Shown here one piece after another: positions 51,016 through 64,000 of a stretch of 64,000 nucleotides of DNA. Numbering within the stretch: position 1 is the stretch's first letter; every line of letters starts with the position of its first letter. The stretch comes from Paecilomyces variotii. Its lineage: Eukaryota. The notes under the pieces are model-generated. The model was given only the letters and a program-made list of their open reading frames with translations, was not told the DNA's origin and made no database searches. The stretch lies in assembly GCA_004022145.1 (NCBI GenBank), contig RCNU01000001.1, one strand, 5' to 3'. The translations under genes were made by a program, and so were the position numbers.

Positions 51016-54000
51016 CAGATCGATAAGTTCGGCGGGGGACTCGAAGGCGGGGGACGGGATCGATAAACAACAAGAAACGCCCACGCTGCGGATAATGCTT
51101 TCTTTCTTGTACTTCTTCTTCTTGCAATGAGTATGTTACAGGAAGAAGAAAGATGAGATGATTTTCAGAAACGCACACAACGCGCGACGAGAACCGCCCA
51201 GCAGCTGGGAGCTAGCTCGACGCCTCCAAGCGCTCAGCTGAGCTTGCGGCGGGGCTGGAAACAGTTAATGATCGAGTTGTTGGCGCCGCGGGAACGACGA
51301 TCTCTCTATCGGCGCTGCGATCGAGTCGTGTGGTTGGATCTCACAGTCAACAAACGCCGGAATGGAATTAAGAGCCTCAGGGCCATGCGGCCTACGGTCG
51401 GCCGTGCTGCAATCAGCTTCCTAGCGTCAAGCGTGCCATGCTGGTTGCACGATGAAGATCAGACTGTGACTGGATGATATTTGCCGATCGAGCAGCCTAA
51501 TGGACTTCAGATTGGTCGTAGCCAGTGGCTATTTGGGCGCGACGGGTTGATGAGCGGTTCAGACTCTTGCTGTCAGTGCTGAAGAAGGCTGGCTCGTGGG
51601 GGCCATATCATCGTCGCACTCATATCTGGGTATCTTCGCAGGGAAATATAAACGCGTTGAAAGTACCACAATCGGATGGCAAGGACCAGGAATGGGAGAT
51701 TCTGCGTTGTAAGACTTAGTCATATTGATGGTGAAGCGAAATCCTTCTCTTCCTGCCAACGGTTCAATGGATCGATCATGTTTCAGGAAGCCGCTTGAAA
51801 CGCCTCCCCGTTTGAAGGAGACAAGACATTTTTCAAGAGATGTGAATGTCCTCGGGATTATCCTTGAGCATCTGTAAGAACTGCATGATTTATATGTGTT
51901 CGCAAAAGCTCAACCGCAAAAGAGGGGACTCGAGCCTTATGCTGTCTGAGCATAAAATATTTGAAGCGCCCTTTGTAAATACGCTCAGACTTTCAACTAT
52001 TGAACCAATTAGTCCACAGCACAATATTCTCTTTTTTTTTTCTTTTTGCTGACCACCATAGGAACTGTTGAGGCCTGCCTACAAGCAGGCCTCCCTCCTG
52101 TCGGGTTTCTCCCACGCCTTTCTAGCTCCACCCACAGAGATAAATAGGCTGAGCTAGTTGCTAGAGAATTCAAGCTCAGTCAGTGAGTTTCGCTCCAGAG
52201 TAACTGCTACTAGGCAGAGAGACAGATCGATCATCGTATACAGGCCTATCCCACTCTCCGTAGCGTCTTGGTGCGCGAAGATCATGTCAAGATTAGGGTA
52301 ACTTAGCACGTCTGCTGCATTTGCGTGATTGTAGCTTCTTCGGGCATATTTAGGTACTTAACAAAGGACTCGAGTGTAACACTGCCAACACAGCAGTCCC
52401 CGCCCTGTCTTTTGAATCTAGTTTGTATGCAAGGTTATGACGCTTGTCACTGGCTGAAAATCTGCGGACGTTTTATTGCCATTGGTTTTCTCCAGTCAGC
52501 GGTGAACCATTGGTGTAACTAAACTGCAATTATTGTTTTGGCTTTTGATGTTTGGAGCGATATGAGTCGTCCCGTGTGTTATCCAGCGGTCTTGCACTGA
52601 CGTATAAAAAGCAAGACTAACTGGCCTCAGAGAGAGAGGGGAGGATCAACTGGAAGAGCCCCGTCCCAGGCCTTCGATTAATCTAGATAGGTACTTTCGA
52701 TAACTAGTTCGCAGCTTGAGCCAACAAAGAACCTATCTAGACTCAAAAAAAAATGGTGACATCTCGCTGATCATTGCCGAGGCAGCCAATAAAACATACC
52801 AGTAGGGCTTTTGTTTCCCGCTAATGGTATACTTTAGATGAAACTGTCACTATCCACCTTTTATTATTGTCGACTTTATATTCTCTCCCAATGGTAAAGC
52901 GGCCCTTTCTGTCATATTTGATTTAAACACCCCAAGCCTTGCCTGGAATTGTCTTGACTTCTGACAGCGCGACTGCTAATAAGTCGTCTTTTCCCGTGAA
53001 CGGTCTAGCGTGGGAGAATGTCAGTTCTATCTAATCTTAGAACTGATAGTTAATAGATAATATCAACACTCCTGACGCGTAACTAACTGGAGCAAGCCGA
53101 CAGGCCATAACGATCCACTATCGCTCTCCCGAGCCGTCTGAAACAAGACCAGCCATCGTGGAAATTAATACAGGAGCAGTTGGCTTCCCGATTGAGCTGC
53201 AAACAGGATGCTGTGAATGCTCGTCTCGGTCGACTTGGGTACGCAGGGGCTTGAGCAACCCTGTATACACCTGCGCGTGGCCTTGCTAGAGCGATAAACG
53301 ACCCTGTTCCCCGTTGGACCGAGAATTCTCCAGAAGGATGATGCCGGTACATGGCCCATAACGGTGTATATAGAATAGAGGGTGTGGGTAATTAATAGCT
53401 AAATAATTAACTACTTGCCTAGGAGGACGTCAAAAGTGCTTGTCTTAGTGCTGCTGGCGGTCCAGACCGGAAGAACCCGAAAGCGGTAGCAGAGAGCGAG
53501 GGGATTCTGAGCAGAATTAATTGATCATCAGTTTCATCGCACACGCTAGACAAGTCGAGATCATGTTTTTATCAACGTCGAACTACATCCAGAGTCCAGA
53601 CACCAGGCTGATCGAATGTTATCCCTATTGTCGCAAGCTCGCATTCTTCAATGTCCTGCTGGAGCCCCTGGTTCGTGGGATGCCAGACCTGGTTTAATAA
53701 TAATGCCAACTGCTGTGCACGCTGATATCGAAGACATGAAAAGGATATTGGATACGATGAAATCGATAGCGTGCCCGCCACAGTGAGCTCTTTCTCGACC
53801 AGCCGTTGACTAGCAGGGTTGTTCCTGCATTCGATCTACCTCGATCCCAGTGTGGCAGAATTGACATTATCCTCTCATCTCATCATTTCAATCATAATCC
53901 AGACGCGCAATACAATAATAAGATCGACCCTTTCAGAACAGCATCTTGTCCGTGGACAGGATGTGCCGAGCCGCAGCCAACCTCGGTATAGCGGATGGTT

Positions 54001-55533
54001 CAAATCGCCTAACAATACCTTTGAAGCAGCACGCGACGTGAGACTCTTGCAGTCTTTATCCACTGGAGGATATCAGTGTCTACCAATGATTCCAGAGCGG
54101 GCCAGAACGGACCATGGAATTGGTGGAATTTTCCAGACTGCGTTGGGACTTCATGCCGGCTGTCGACGGAGACAGGCCAGCCTTCCGTGAGGCCAAAGGG
54201 CATGATACTGCATAACTACCATAAGCATAAGCACACTCAGATGGCGCATACTTACCCGGCGCTACTTGAATCAGCCGATCGGGCTTTCTCACGTTGCTGG
54301 GTCACAGAGCCTGGTCACATTCTTGATCGGGCAGTACGTCCAGTCCCGGCCGGCGAGGTATGGTGAGGGCAAAAAGTTGATACATTATTTGGCGACGGGA
54401 TACTCAAACCCACAGCCCTTGCATCGGAGAAGATATGGCAGAAGTCTATGTCGGCCCACTTGGTCCATTGAGAACGGGCAGGGGTTTCTCAATCCATGCA
54501 TTTCATTCCTGACGGGGATCGCATAGTAGCGCCATTATTTTCGTTTTTCTTTTCTCGGCACTGGAAAACAGACTCACTTTTCGGGCATTTTGCCTCTCTA
54601 CTTCGTGAGGTTACATTTACAGCTATATGTGCATGTGGTCAATTGGGGATCACGATCGACATACGATCAAGCATTGCCCGAAAGCCAGAACAACGCTAAA
54701 ATCTCAGATACGCGGGGAAAGAGGCGCGGGATGACGCCCAGCGGACCTTCTCCAGGATGTGGTGACGCCAGAAAAGAGATCTCGTAGCGTCTGCCGATCA
54801 TCTGGGCGCCTTCGGAGCGGTTCCTGACCCCGCAGTCTAAGTAACTAATTGCATACTAGCTGAACCCCGCGGTGCCACCGTCAATAAACGAGGGACTCCT
54901 TGCCTGCTACCGAGCTTGTTGACCACAATATACTTAACCATGGACATGCGGAATTTACCGGCATTCCTAGCCAGAAATCTTCCGGTTGTTTAAGGGACCG
55001 AGATAGAGAACAATGCAGGGCTTTCGGCTCTGGGATGCCCCTGCGCTAGTACCCGATCAGTGGCGGTGTGCCGTACTCTTTATACCAGATAGTCACTGAC
55101 TGGCGTCCTTGCAGATAGTAGTCGCTGATAGACGGCAGAATGGGATTAACTCTAAACTTTAGAAGAGGAGGTATTGCACTGGCCAGGACCACGCTAGACA
55201 TTTGTATGTCCACTGCTGTCCCGCGACGGCACTAAAGGACTTTGGTGCCGGCCTTAGCCATACTGTAAGACTCGCGGAGGACCATTAAGATTGCAGAAAG
55301 GCCAGCTGAATGTCAGACGACAGAGAAATTTCCAAGGCTATCACCCAGCACGCGATCTTACCTAGCTGGACATGGAGGCCAAGCGTCATGGATTCCGGGG
55401 AGCATAACTGCCCGTTTAGTTTGAGACCCAGAACTACTATAAAGTAGCGGTCCCGGACCCGCGAGGTCTACTCGGGATGTCCTAGGGCTTTTGGCAGATT
55501 CATTCCTTGGTCACTGTGACCCTCCCCTTCACC

Positions 55534-58022
55534 ATGAAGCTGTGTCATCTCTTCCTTTGTGCGCTCTCTCAGCTTGCCTTGGCTGCAGCACAGTCCACCT
55601 TCACCCCTGCTCGGCCTCCTGCTATCCCACTGGCTGTCAAGGCTCCGTATCTAAGTACTTGGCTCAATGTTGGTAGTGATGGCGGCAATGGCGGTTACTT
55701 GGCCGGGGAGTGGCCCGTCTTCTGGAGGTGTGCGCCTTCAACAATTGCTGGCAGTTGAACTCGAGCTGACTTTCCCTTGGCAGTAATCAAATCACAGCTT
55801 GGACGGGCATGATTCGCGTAGATGACACTACCTATACCTGGATGGGAGACCCTGGTCCACAGGCTGTTACACAGACTGCCTTTCAGTACACCTCCACTAA
55901 GAGTATCTTCACGATGGACGTGGCGGGAAAGGTTGAGATGAACATAACGTTTCTCTCGCCTATCACACCGAATGACCTCAAGAGACAGTCACTTGTATTC
56001 TCTTATCTGCATGTAGATGTCTCATCTGTCGACGGCAAGGTGCATGATGTACAGCTGTATTCCGATATCACAGCGGGTAAGGATATGCAAAACCGGAACA
56101 TTTTATCTCATTGGCTAACCTGCCCCTGTCGACAGAGTGGATTTCCGGAGACCGCAGCAACATCGCTCAATGGGATTATGGTCAAGCTGGCGATGTTGCG
56201 TATCACAGAGTCTACCGACAGACCCAGCAGCTGTTTTCGGAGGTAGACGACCAAGGTGAATGGGGCTACTGGTATTGGTCGACAGATCAAGTTCATGGCC
56301 TCACGTACCAGGCAGGCCCATCTACAGATGCTCGAAACACTTTCGCCGCCAACGGTAGTTTGCCTAATTCCCAAGACACTAACTACCGAGCTATCTCGGA
56401 CAACTGGCCCGTCTTTGCGTTCGCAATCAACCTTGGACCGGTCGATGAATGGGGAAGCGGCGTGCTCTTCTCGATTGGTCTGACTCAGGACGAGGCAGTT
56501 CAATATGAAGGTGCCGATGGATATGATCCCGTTCCGTCTCTGTGGACCAGCTACTTTGATAGTGATCTCGCTGCTGTGCGTATACATACTTGCACATGCA
56601 TAACTGATATACACGTGGCTGACCCATGAGTCCTAGGTCGAGTTCTTCCACAAGGACTACTCTACCTCCAGTCAATTGTCGACGGACTTGGATAATCAAA
56701 TTTCACAGGATGCTATAGCCGCCGCAGGCCAGGACTACCTCACCATCGCGTCCCTCTCAGTGCGGCAGGCGTTCGGTGCGACTCAACTCTGTGGTACACC
56801 TAACACTACGTACATTTTCCTCAAGGAGATCTCCTCAGATGGCAACATGAACACGGTGGATGTAATATTCCCGGCTCATCCAATCTTCCTCTACACGAAT
56901 CCGACACTCCTCAAGCTTCTCCTGGACCCGCTGTATGAGAATCAGGAGGCAGGGAAATATCCAAACTTGTGGGCCATGCACGATCTAGGATCCCACTATC
57001 CCAACGCCACGGGCCACCCTCAGGGCAATGACGAGGAGATGCCTCTGGAGGAGTGCGGTGACATGGTCATCATGACTTTGGCTTATGCTCTCCGGTCAAA
57101 GGACACGGCTTATTTGAGCCAGCATTACGCCAAGCTGGAGCAGTGGACCTCGTTTCTCCTTGATGACTCGCTCTACCCGGCAAACCAGATCTCTACTGAT
57201 GACTTTGCTGGCGCCCTTGCGTAAGTGAAACGAAAAAGAAATCAGAACTGTTGTGATCAGTTGCTGACTGCCCATATATAGAAACCAGACGAATCTGGCC
57301 CTGAAAGGCATGATCGCCATCAAGGCCATGTCGGTCATCTCGTCCCTGACAGGGAACGAAGCGGACTCAAAGAACTATTCGTCAATTGCTCAACAGTACA
57401 TCAACGAATGGGAGACCCTTGGTGTCGCTCATGATGCGAACCCGCCACATTCAACTCTAGCATACGGCTCGAATTCCAGTTACGGTAAGGATCCGATAAT
57501 CGTGTCTGTCCAGCAAGCTTATTAAGACTGACTCATCTTGCAGGCCTACTGTACAACTTGTACGCGGATAAAGAACTAAGCTTGGACTTTGTTCCGTCCT
57601 GGGTGTACGACATGCAGAGCACATTCTATCCGACCGTTGAGAACAAGTACGGAGTGCCTCTCGACACTCGACACACCTACACGAAGGGTAAGCTTCACAT
57701 GCTTGAAACGGGAGGTCATAAGCATAGCTAACATGAATGTTATAGCCGACTGGCAGCTCTTTACTGCAGCAGTCGCATCGAAGAGCACGCAGCAAATGTT
57801 CCTCAAGGATCTAGCGACATGGATCAATGAGACCCCAACCAATCGACCGCTGACTGACCTCTATGACACGGACACCGGGAAGTAAGTCTTAACCACGCAT
57901 TTCAGGTCTGGGAATAACAATACATGCATGCTGACTCTCGGAATAGTTATCCTTCAGGACTCACATTCGTCGCGCGACCAGTCATGGGAGGAGCATTCGC
58001 TCTTTTGGCCCTCCCGTCCTAA
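55534..58022 (+). CDS. gtaA: Secreted glutaminase A (GtaA family), multi-exon
   Basis: Signal peptide, then STFTPARPPAIPLAVKAPYLSTW, FLKEISSDGNMNTVDVIFP, HDLGSHYPNATGH...MPLEECG, QISTDDFAG, YGVPLDTRH and FVARPVMGG. Confidence 0.92.
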
Positions 58023-58696
58023 TCTTAGTATCTAATGCGTAATGCGCATCGCCCAGTATATACTGCATTTTTCGTACATATTAACGTACAGAAGCTTATT
58101 ATACCATCTAAGATTCGTTGTCTTATACCTCGAATCGATGAACGTTCATGACACTGTGCTAGACTCGCAATTTTAGAATTTCCAGAGTCACAGAATTTTC
58201 AATTGTGTCTTATAGCGAATAATGCAGATTAATAGCGGCGGACGAATCAAGTTCAATCGAAACTATAACGAAGAATGGATATTCTTATCCGTACCCTCCA
58301 TGTCAAAGTACATACATAAATCCCCACGTATGGTAAGGGATTAGACAACCCCACCTACGAGAGCAGAGCCAGGGAGCCTATATGCATGCTGCATGGCGAT
58401 CTATTCCATTTGGAACAAAGGACAGGGTTTCTAGATCTTATCAAAAACATCTAAGGCCCAACGTATCGGCCCCTCCGACGCGAGTGATAGGAGCTCCTGC
58501 AGCTCTTATCAACTCCGCTCAGATGGATTTGGAACTGCTAAACCGTTAACATGATTTTGTTCCCCATGGGGGAAGTCTCAGTACACCACTAGAAGATCCC
58601 GAATAGTCTACTGTATTGCAAATATCTTTTGATACTTCTTCTCGTCTGCGCATTGCTTTCTCTGGTAGAATAGAGCACAAGGACGCACCGGTCAAA

Positions 58697-60797
58697 ATGG
58701 CCTGCCCAAAGTCAATAGTCGAGAAAACAGCCGTGGAATCGGAGGGGACGATTTCAGCAGAAGGCACCACATATGGAGTCGGCGAGGTCAGGAGTCTCAA
58801 AGCAGGATCGCAGAACTTGCACCGAAAGCTTCGCAGTAAGGAGGTACAGCTCTTTGCGATTGGAGGCGCAATTGGGACTTGTGAGTCTCTTCACCAGTTT
58901 TGATCTTTATCATCTTTTTCTTGGGGGGTGGTGCTAAAACGATACATACACAGCTACCTTCGTGCAGATGGGAAGTGCGCTTCCGAAAGGTGGTCCTGCG
59001 GGCTTATTCCTTGGCTTTATGATTTGGGGAGCGATCATGGTTGCTGTTAACGAGTGTTTCGGTAAGAATCATACTCTGTCTTTAGGATTGCTGCAACTTC
59101 GCCGCATCTAATACTTTCCAACAGCTGAGATGGTATGCTACGTACCTATTTCGTCTCCCTTCATCAGACTCGGCGGACACTGGGTCGATGATGCGTTGAG
59201 CTTTGCTATGGGATGGAATTTCTTCCTTAATATGGGTGAGTCCTTGTAAAGATCGAACAGATGACCGCATACTTCTTCTCGAGGGTTCACCTAACAGATC
59301 GCAGCTTTCCTGGTTCCATTCGAAATAGTAGCTTTCAACATTCTCCTCACGTTCTGGACGGATAAAGTCCCCGTCGAAGCGGTTGTCATGGCTATGATTG
59401 TGGCCTATGCGTATTACGGCTCCCATACTAATTCAGCATGAGCAGAGAGGTTAACTGATGCTGATAGTCTCCTTAACCTGATATCCGTCCGTTATTTCGG
59501 TATTGCGGAATTCTACCTCTCGATATTCAAAGTCTTTCTCATCCTGGGCTGTATACTCTTCACGTTCATAACGATGCTGGGCGGAAATCCGCTGCATGAC
59601 AGATATGGGTTTCGGTATTGGAGGGATCCGGTTTGTGTCTCTCCTATTTTTCCTGAAATTGAGCAGCTGATGTATTGACGTGGGTACTTGACAGGGAAGT
59701 TTTGTAGAATACCTTGCTCCGGGCGACACTGGTCGGTTTTGAGGCGTTGTGACTTGTATTATCCAGGCAACTTTCTCGTAAGTTCACCTCCAAATATTTT
59801 CCACTGACGAAAATCTGAATTTTTGAATAGAATATGTGGACCCGAATACGTTGCCATCGTCGCCGGTGAAACCGAACAACCGCGGAAGGTTTTGCCCAGA
59901 GCTTTCAGATCATTTGTATGGCGTATCCTGACGTTCTTCTGTGGATCGGCCCTTTGCATGGGAATCGTTATCCCGTATAATGATAAGACACTGGCGTTGA
60001 GACTGGACGAGGGAAGCAGTACTGGTGCAGCGTATGGAAGGCTTCCAGACCACTTTTTATTTAGATCAAAAGCAGGCTAACTTATGACTACTAGCTCCCC
60101 CTACGTGATTGCGATGGAGAATCTCAAGATTAGCGGTCTCCCTCACATCGTCAACGCCCTAATTATGACTTCTGTATTCAGCTCCGGAAACGGTCTACTA
60201 TACTCCGCTACCAGAACGCTCTACGGCATCTCTCTCGAAGGAAAAGCGCCCAAGATATTCTCTCGCTGCACCCGCTTTGGAGTCCCCATATATGCAGTCA
60301 TGGTTGGATTGGCATTCTGCCTCCTCGGCTTTCTACAAATTAGCAATTCCTCCGCGAAAGTCCTCGGCTGGCTTGTCGACCTCGTCACTGCCTGCCAACT
60401 GCTAAATTACATGTCTGTCGGTATCACCTATCTACACTTCCACGCCGCTCTACAAAAGCAGGGTATCGATCGAAACACTCTCCCCTATAAGGGAAAGTTC
60501 CAACCATATGCAGCCTATGTCTCCGTGGTCGGGACGGTAGTCATGATGCTAGTCTCTGGATACTATTTATTCATGAATGGCGGATGGGATACGCGATCTT
60601 TCTTCCTTACGTATACTATCATTGGTGCTTTTGTTTTGGCATTCGTCCTGTGGAAATTTGTGCAGCGGACGACTTATATTCGTCCGGGAATGGCGGATCT
60701 GCAGGTTGGAGGGCTGAAGAAGGAGATCGATGAGTATGAAGAGCAGTATATCGCTAGGCCGAAGTCGAAGATGACTTTTCTGGATCGGCTGTTTTGA
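58697..60797 (+). pseudogene. Amino-acid permease (APC/YAT family) with one in-frame TGA at 59740-59742; pseudogene, null allele or sequencing error
   Basis: LHRKLRSKEVQLFAIGGAIGT, GGNPLHDRYGFRYWRDP/GSFVEY...GRF*GVV, GPEYVAIVAGE and SPYVIAM motifs. All other exons splice in frame. Confidence 0.8.
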
Positions 60798-61194
60798 TTT
60801 CGGGTATAGAATAATTTCTGCTTTGGAGTTGAATCCATTCTTATGACTTGCCATGAATGGCAATAAGTTCGCATAGACACTCGAGATACTCCATCATTGA
60901 ACCTTGAGGCTTACTTACAACTAGAGTAGTTTCTTTTGGAGCGACGGCGCCTGCTTTTGAAAGGCGGAGATAATCCTTATCTTATCTACATTTAAGCCTG
61001 CAGTCATAAAGCTATCTTCTGGCGGTAGTCCCGATGTCAATCTGGAAAACTGATTATCATAAACCTTTTCCGCACATCTGTGACTGTAGAACTCTTGTTT
61101 CAATTAACTAAGCTGTCGCGCCTTCGATCCAACTTGCAGCAGTGCGAAGCTCTTGCATGAAACCCGTCCTGATAGTGAATATAATACATACACT

Positions 61195-62926
61195 ATGGTC
61201 CTGGCGGAGATATATGCAGCAGGATTGGAACTGTCAGTGGTGTTTCCACTACTGGCAATCTATCTCCTTGGCCATCTATTATACGTGTACATAACGGACC
61301 CTCTGAGACGCATTCCTGGCCCACGCCTCTTCACCATAACCGGCTGGCGACTAGCCTACGAGGACTGGAACGGTACACGAACACGCAAGATCCACGAACT
61401 ACACGGTATCTACGGACCAGTCGTGCGAATTTCCCCAAATGAAGTATCCTTCAACAGCTCAACTGCTCTCCGATCCATATACGGCGCTGGTAGCAAAGCC
61501 CAACGAACAGACTTCTATCGCATGTTCGACGTTTATGGGCGCCAGAACCTATTCACGTTTGGACCGTGGCAGATGCATGCGGAGCGTAAAAGACTGCTCA
61601 ATCATGCATATGCAAAGTCGACGATCATGAGAGGTCCAACTGCGCAGATGGTCGAGGAGATGGCGATGAAGTTTTTGAAACTTCTGGAAAACGAACCTGA
61701 GAATGCGGGAGAGATCTTTACTAATTTGCATTATTTCTCGCTTGATGTGATCACACAATTCCTTTATGGGCCAAAACATGGTGGTACAGCTGCGTTGATG
61801 GGGTGTGCGCAAGATCGAGCTCTGTTGAATGATATCCTCGACCCGGCAAGGAGAAGGCTGTCTTGGTTCGCGGTGCACCTACCTAGATTAACGAAGTGGT
61901 TATACTCGCGCAGTGGGATTATGGAGAGGATGATTTCTAATTTGGGTCTTCTGCCTATGCAGAAACCGGCAACGTACACTGGTATTCGAACTCATGCTTT
62001 GCAGGCATGGCACGATTTCAAGACTGCGCCAGCGACAGAAAAGGATGAATATGCAGAGACTACCGTAATTGGGTGCCTTTGGCGATTTCATTGCAGCCAG
62101 AAGGGAGGTATTCTTGAAGATCTGGATATTGCATCGGAATGCGCAGATCACCTTCTAGCAGGGATTGACACTACTAGCGACACGCTTATGTTCTTGATCT
62201 GGGCTCTATCATTGCCTGAGAATCAGAAGTATCAGGAGGAACTAATTCGAGAGGTCTCGTTGATCAAGGACGCTCAGTTGGTAGGGAACGGTATACCATC
62301 TGCACAGTCTAGCGACAAATTACCATACATGGATGCCTTGATCAAAGAGGCACTTCGACTCTATGCCCCCTTGCCCGCGTCGGAACCACGTTCGTTCGCG
62401 ATTGATGTTGTTATCGATGGCTTCCTGATACCTAAAGGCACCACGGTGAGCATGGAGCCGTACGCTCTGCACAGAAATCCGGATGTATTTCGCGATCCTT
62501 GGAAATTTGACCCACACAGATGGCTCTGCGAGGGCGAGCAGCTAAATGAGATGAAGAAGTGGTGGTGGGCATTCTCAAGTGGTGGAAGGATGTGCGTTGG
62601 AATGCAGTATGTCTGCCTCTAACCCATTGATTATGCATTTGATCCTGCCTATATTCTCCTGGGCACGAACTGATCGAAATCAGCTTAGCGATGGCGGAAA
62701 TGACAACCCTCTTAGGAGCAGTATACAGAAACTATAAAACGTCTATTAAGCAGGGCTTTGAAGGAGTAAGTCCTGGTATCACGAGCCGATTTGAGGTGTT
62801 TTATGACGACAGGTTTCTGAAGATGGAGGTAAGGGGCTTTTACGCCTAAGAATACGCACCCTCCCGGCGCTAACCTATCATAATTCATAGGAGCATACTT
62901 GTTTGATCGAATTCATGAAACTGTAG
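61195..62926 (+). CDS. Cytochrome P450 monooxygenase, 3 exons
   Basis: N-terminal TM anchor, IPGP, YGPVVRISPNEVSF, I-helix LAGIDTT, KEALR (ExxR), FDPHRW and heme motif FSSGGRMCVG. Confidence 0.93.
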
Positions 62927-63536
62927 CAGTTTTGTAAGAAGACAAACGGGAATAGAGAGGTGATAGTTGCTTGTTGGCCGTCTGATGTATCCCCGGGAGC
63001 ATAAGACGGATTAACGTGATTTCACGCACAAACCGCATCAAAATTACTAAGCCTCCCCCAGCTATTCAGGTGAGACTACTGAGGATGCTTTCATGATATA
63101 CTTTTCAGCGGGCTTGTGTTGTGTACGGGGTCGCTCAATTACAAATTTTATTACTGGGTCTATTAACTTCGGAGGCCTGAAACATCTATACGAGATCCAA
63201 AGAACACGAAGATGACCGAGTGGTACACAGAAACTCGGCTACCAAGTTGCAAGTTTGGTAGGCTTTAGGCTTGAAAAGGCAGATCGATTAATACACTGAC
63301 GAATTACGGGGTATCATTTGTCTCCCCTGCTGGAAAGTCTCGCGGGGAATAAGGAGCTCTTAATACTTTTGTTTTGCAGGACTGGGCATCGCCTGAAAAT
63401 GACGAGGAATTGAAAAGTCAAAAATAGAAAAGCTTTCTGGACTATTGACTGGTCACAGCTGACGAATGGATGGGTATGCGAAAATTCCGTCCCGCGGACA
63501 TAGAATTAGAGCGGACACCTATGGTCCATGACTTCT

Positions 63537-64000
63537 CTAGATGTAGAGAACGAACGGAATAACAGCTGCCGTGAAAGTCAAGATAGAAGCAGCAATTGCG
63601 TGGGCAGGGGACGCGAGACCAAGCCCGTTGGACGCGGAATTCGTCGCGTTGGCCTGAGCGGTCTGAATTGTTGGCTTCTTGACGATCTCAGTTGGCTGGC
63701 TAGAAGAGGCAGGGCTCGATTGAACGGCGAAACTCGTCGGGGTCGAGCTGGGGAGAGTAATTTGAGTTGCAGAAGCAGCACTTGTGATAACTGCTGGAGC
63801 AACGCTCACGCCGGCGTAGGGGTTGTACTGGGCCACACTGTACAAGGACCAGGCATTGTCTCCACCACCTAGAAGGAACCAAATCAATATGGCTGTTGGC
63901 CTCAAAGACAAAAGGAAGTACTTACAGTTTTCGTACGGGTAACCCGGGCATGTATTGCCACACTGCGTATCGGCGACTTTCAACGCTGCTGGAGGAACAC
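63537..64000 (-). CDS. WSC-domain GPI-anchored cell-surface protein, 3' part only (runs off window)
   Basis: QCGNTCPGYPYENC/GGDNAWSLY (end of a WSC domain, split by an intron), an S/T-rich stalk and a C-terminal hydrophobic GPI-like signal. Confidence 0.8.
   Translation of the reverse strand, partial: VPPAALKVADTQCGNTCPGYPYENCKYFLLSLRPTAILIWFLLGGGDNAWSLYSVAQYNPYAGVSVAPAVITSAASATQITLPSSTPTSFAVQSSPASSSQPTEIVKKPTIQTAQANATNSASNGLGLASPAHAIAASILTFTAAVIPFVLYI

Noticed and set aside
54250-54275. ATACTTACC resembling the U1 snRNA 5' end
   Set aside because: The downstream sequence lacks U1 stem-loops and an Sm site.

Overview
Eukaryotic genomic DNA from a filamentous ascomycete. GT-AG introns with CTRAC-type branch points, a dispersed 5S rRNA gene and the gene content suggest Eurotiales (inference). 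I can support about 24 intron-containing protein genes, one 5S rRNA gene and one long-TIR MITE. After an Rbp35/CFIm68-like gene (0.6-1.9 kb), the left part (~3-31 kb) looks accessory. It holds an FMO, two MFS transporters, an SDR, a TF-like gene, an orphan C2H2 protein, an APH-like kinase, a MITE with RIP-like mutations, apparently decayed coding remnants and a tiny 4-Cys secreted peptide gene missed by the ORF track. The middle (31.6-51 kb) is mostly housekeeping: Rim2, RPL21/RPS9 head-to-head, Sos7, an RS-rich protein, DOPA dioxygenase, a Vps62-like protein, septin AspE and annexin ANXC4. The right end has glutaminase GtaA, an amino-acid permease with a single in-frame TGA, a P450 and a partial WSC/GPI protein. 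I found no unambiguous new multi-gene system. The best leads are the 53-aa Cys peptide gene, the nested-palindrome MITE, the nonsense codon in the permease and two GATA-rich candidate nutrient-scavenging mini-clusters. All family calls come from motif recognition by eye, not from database searches.
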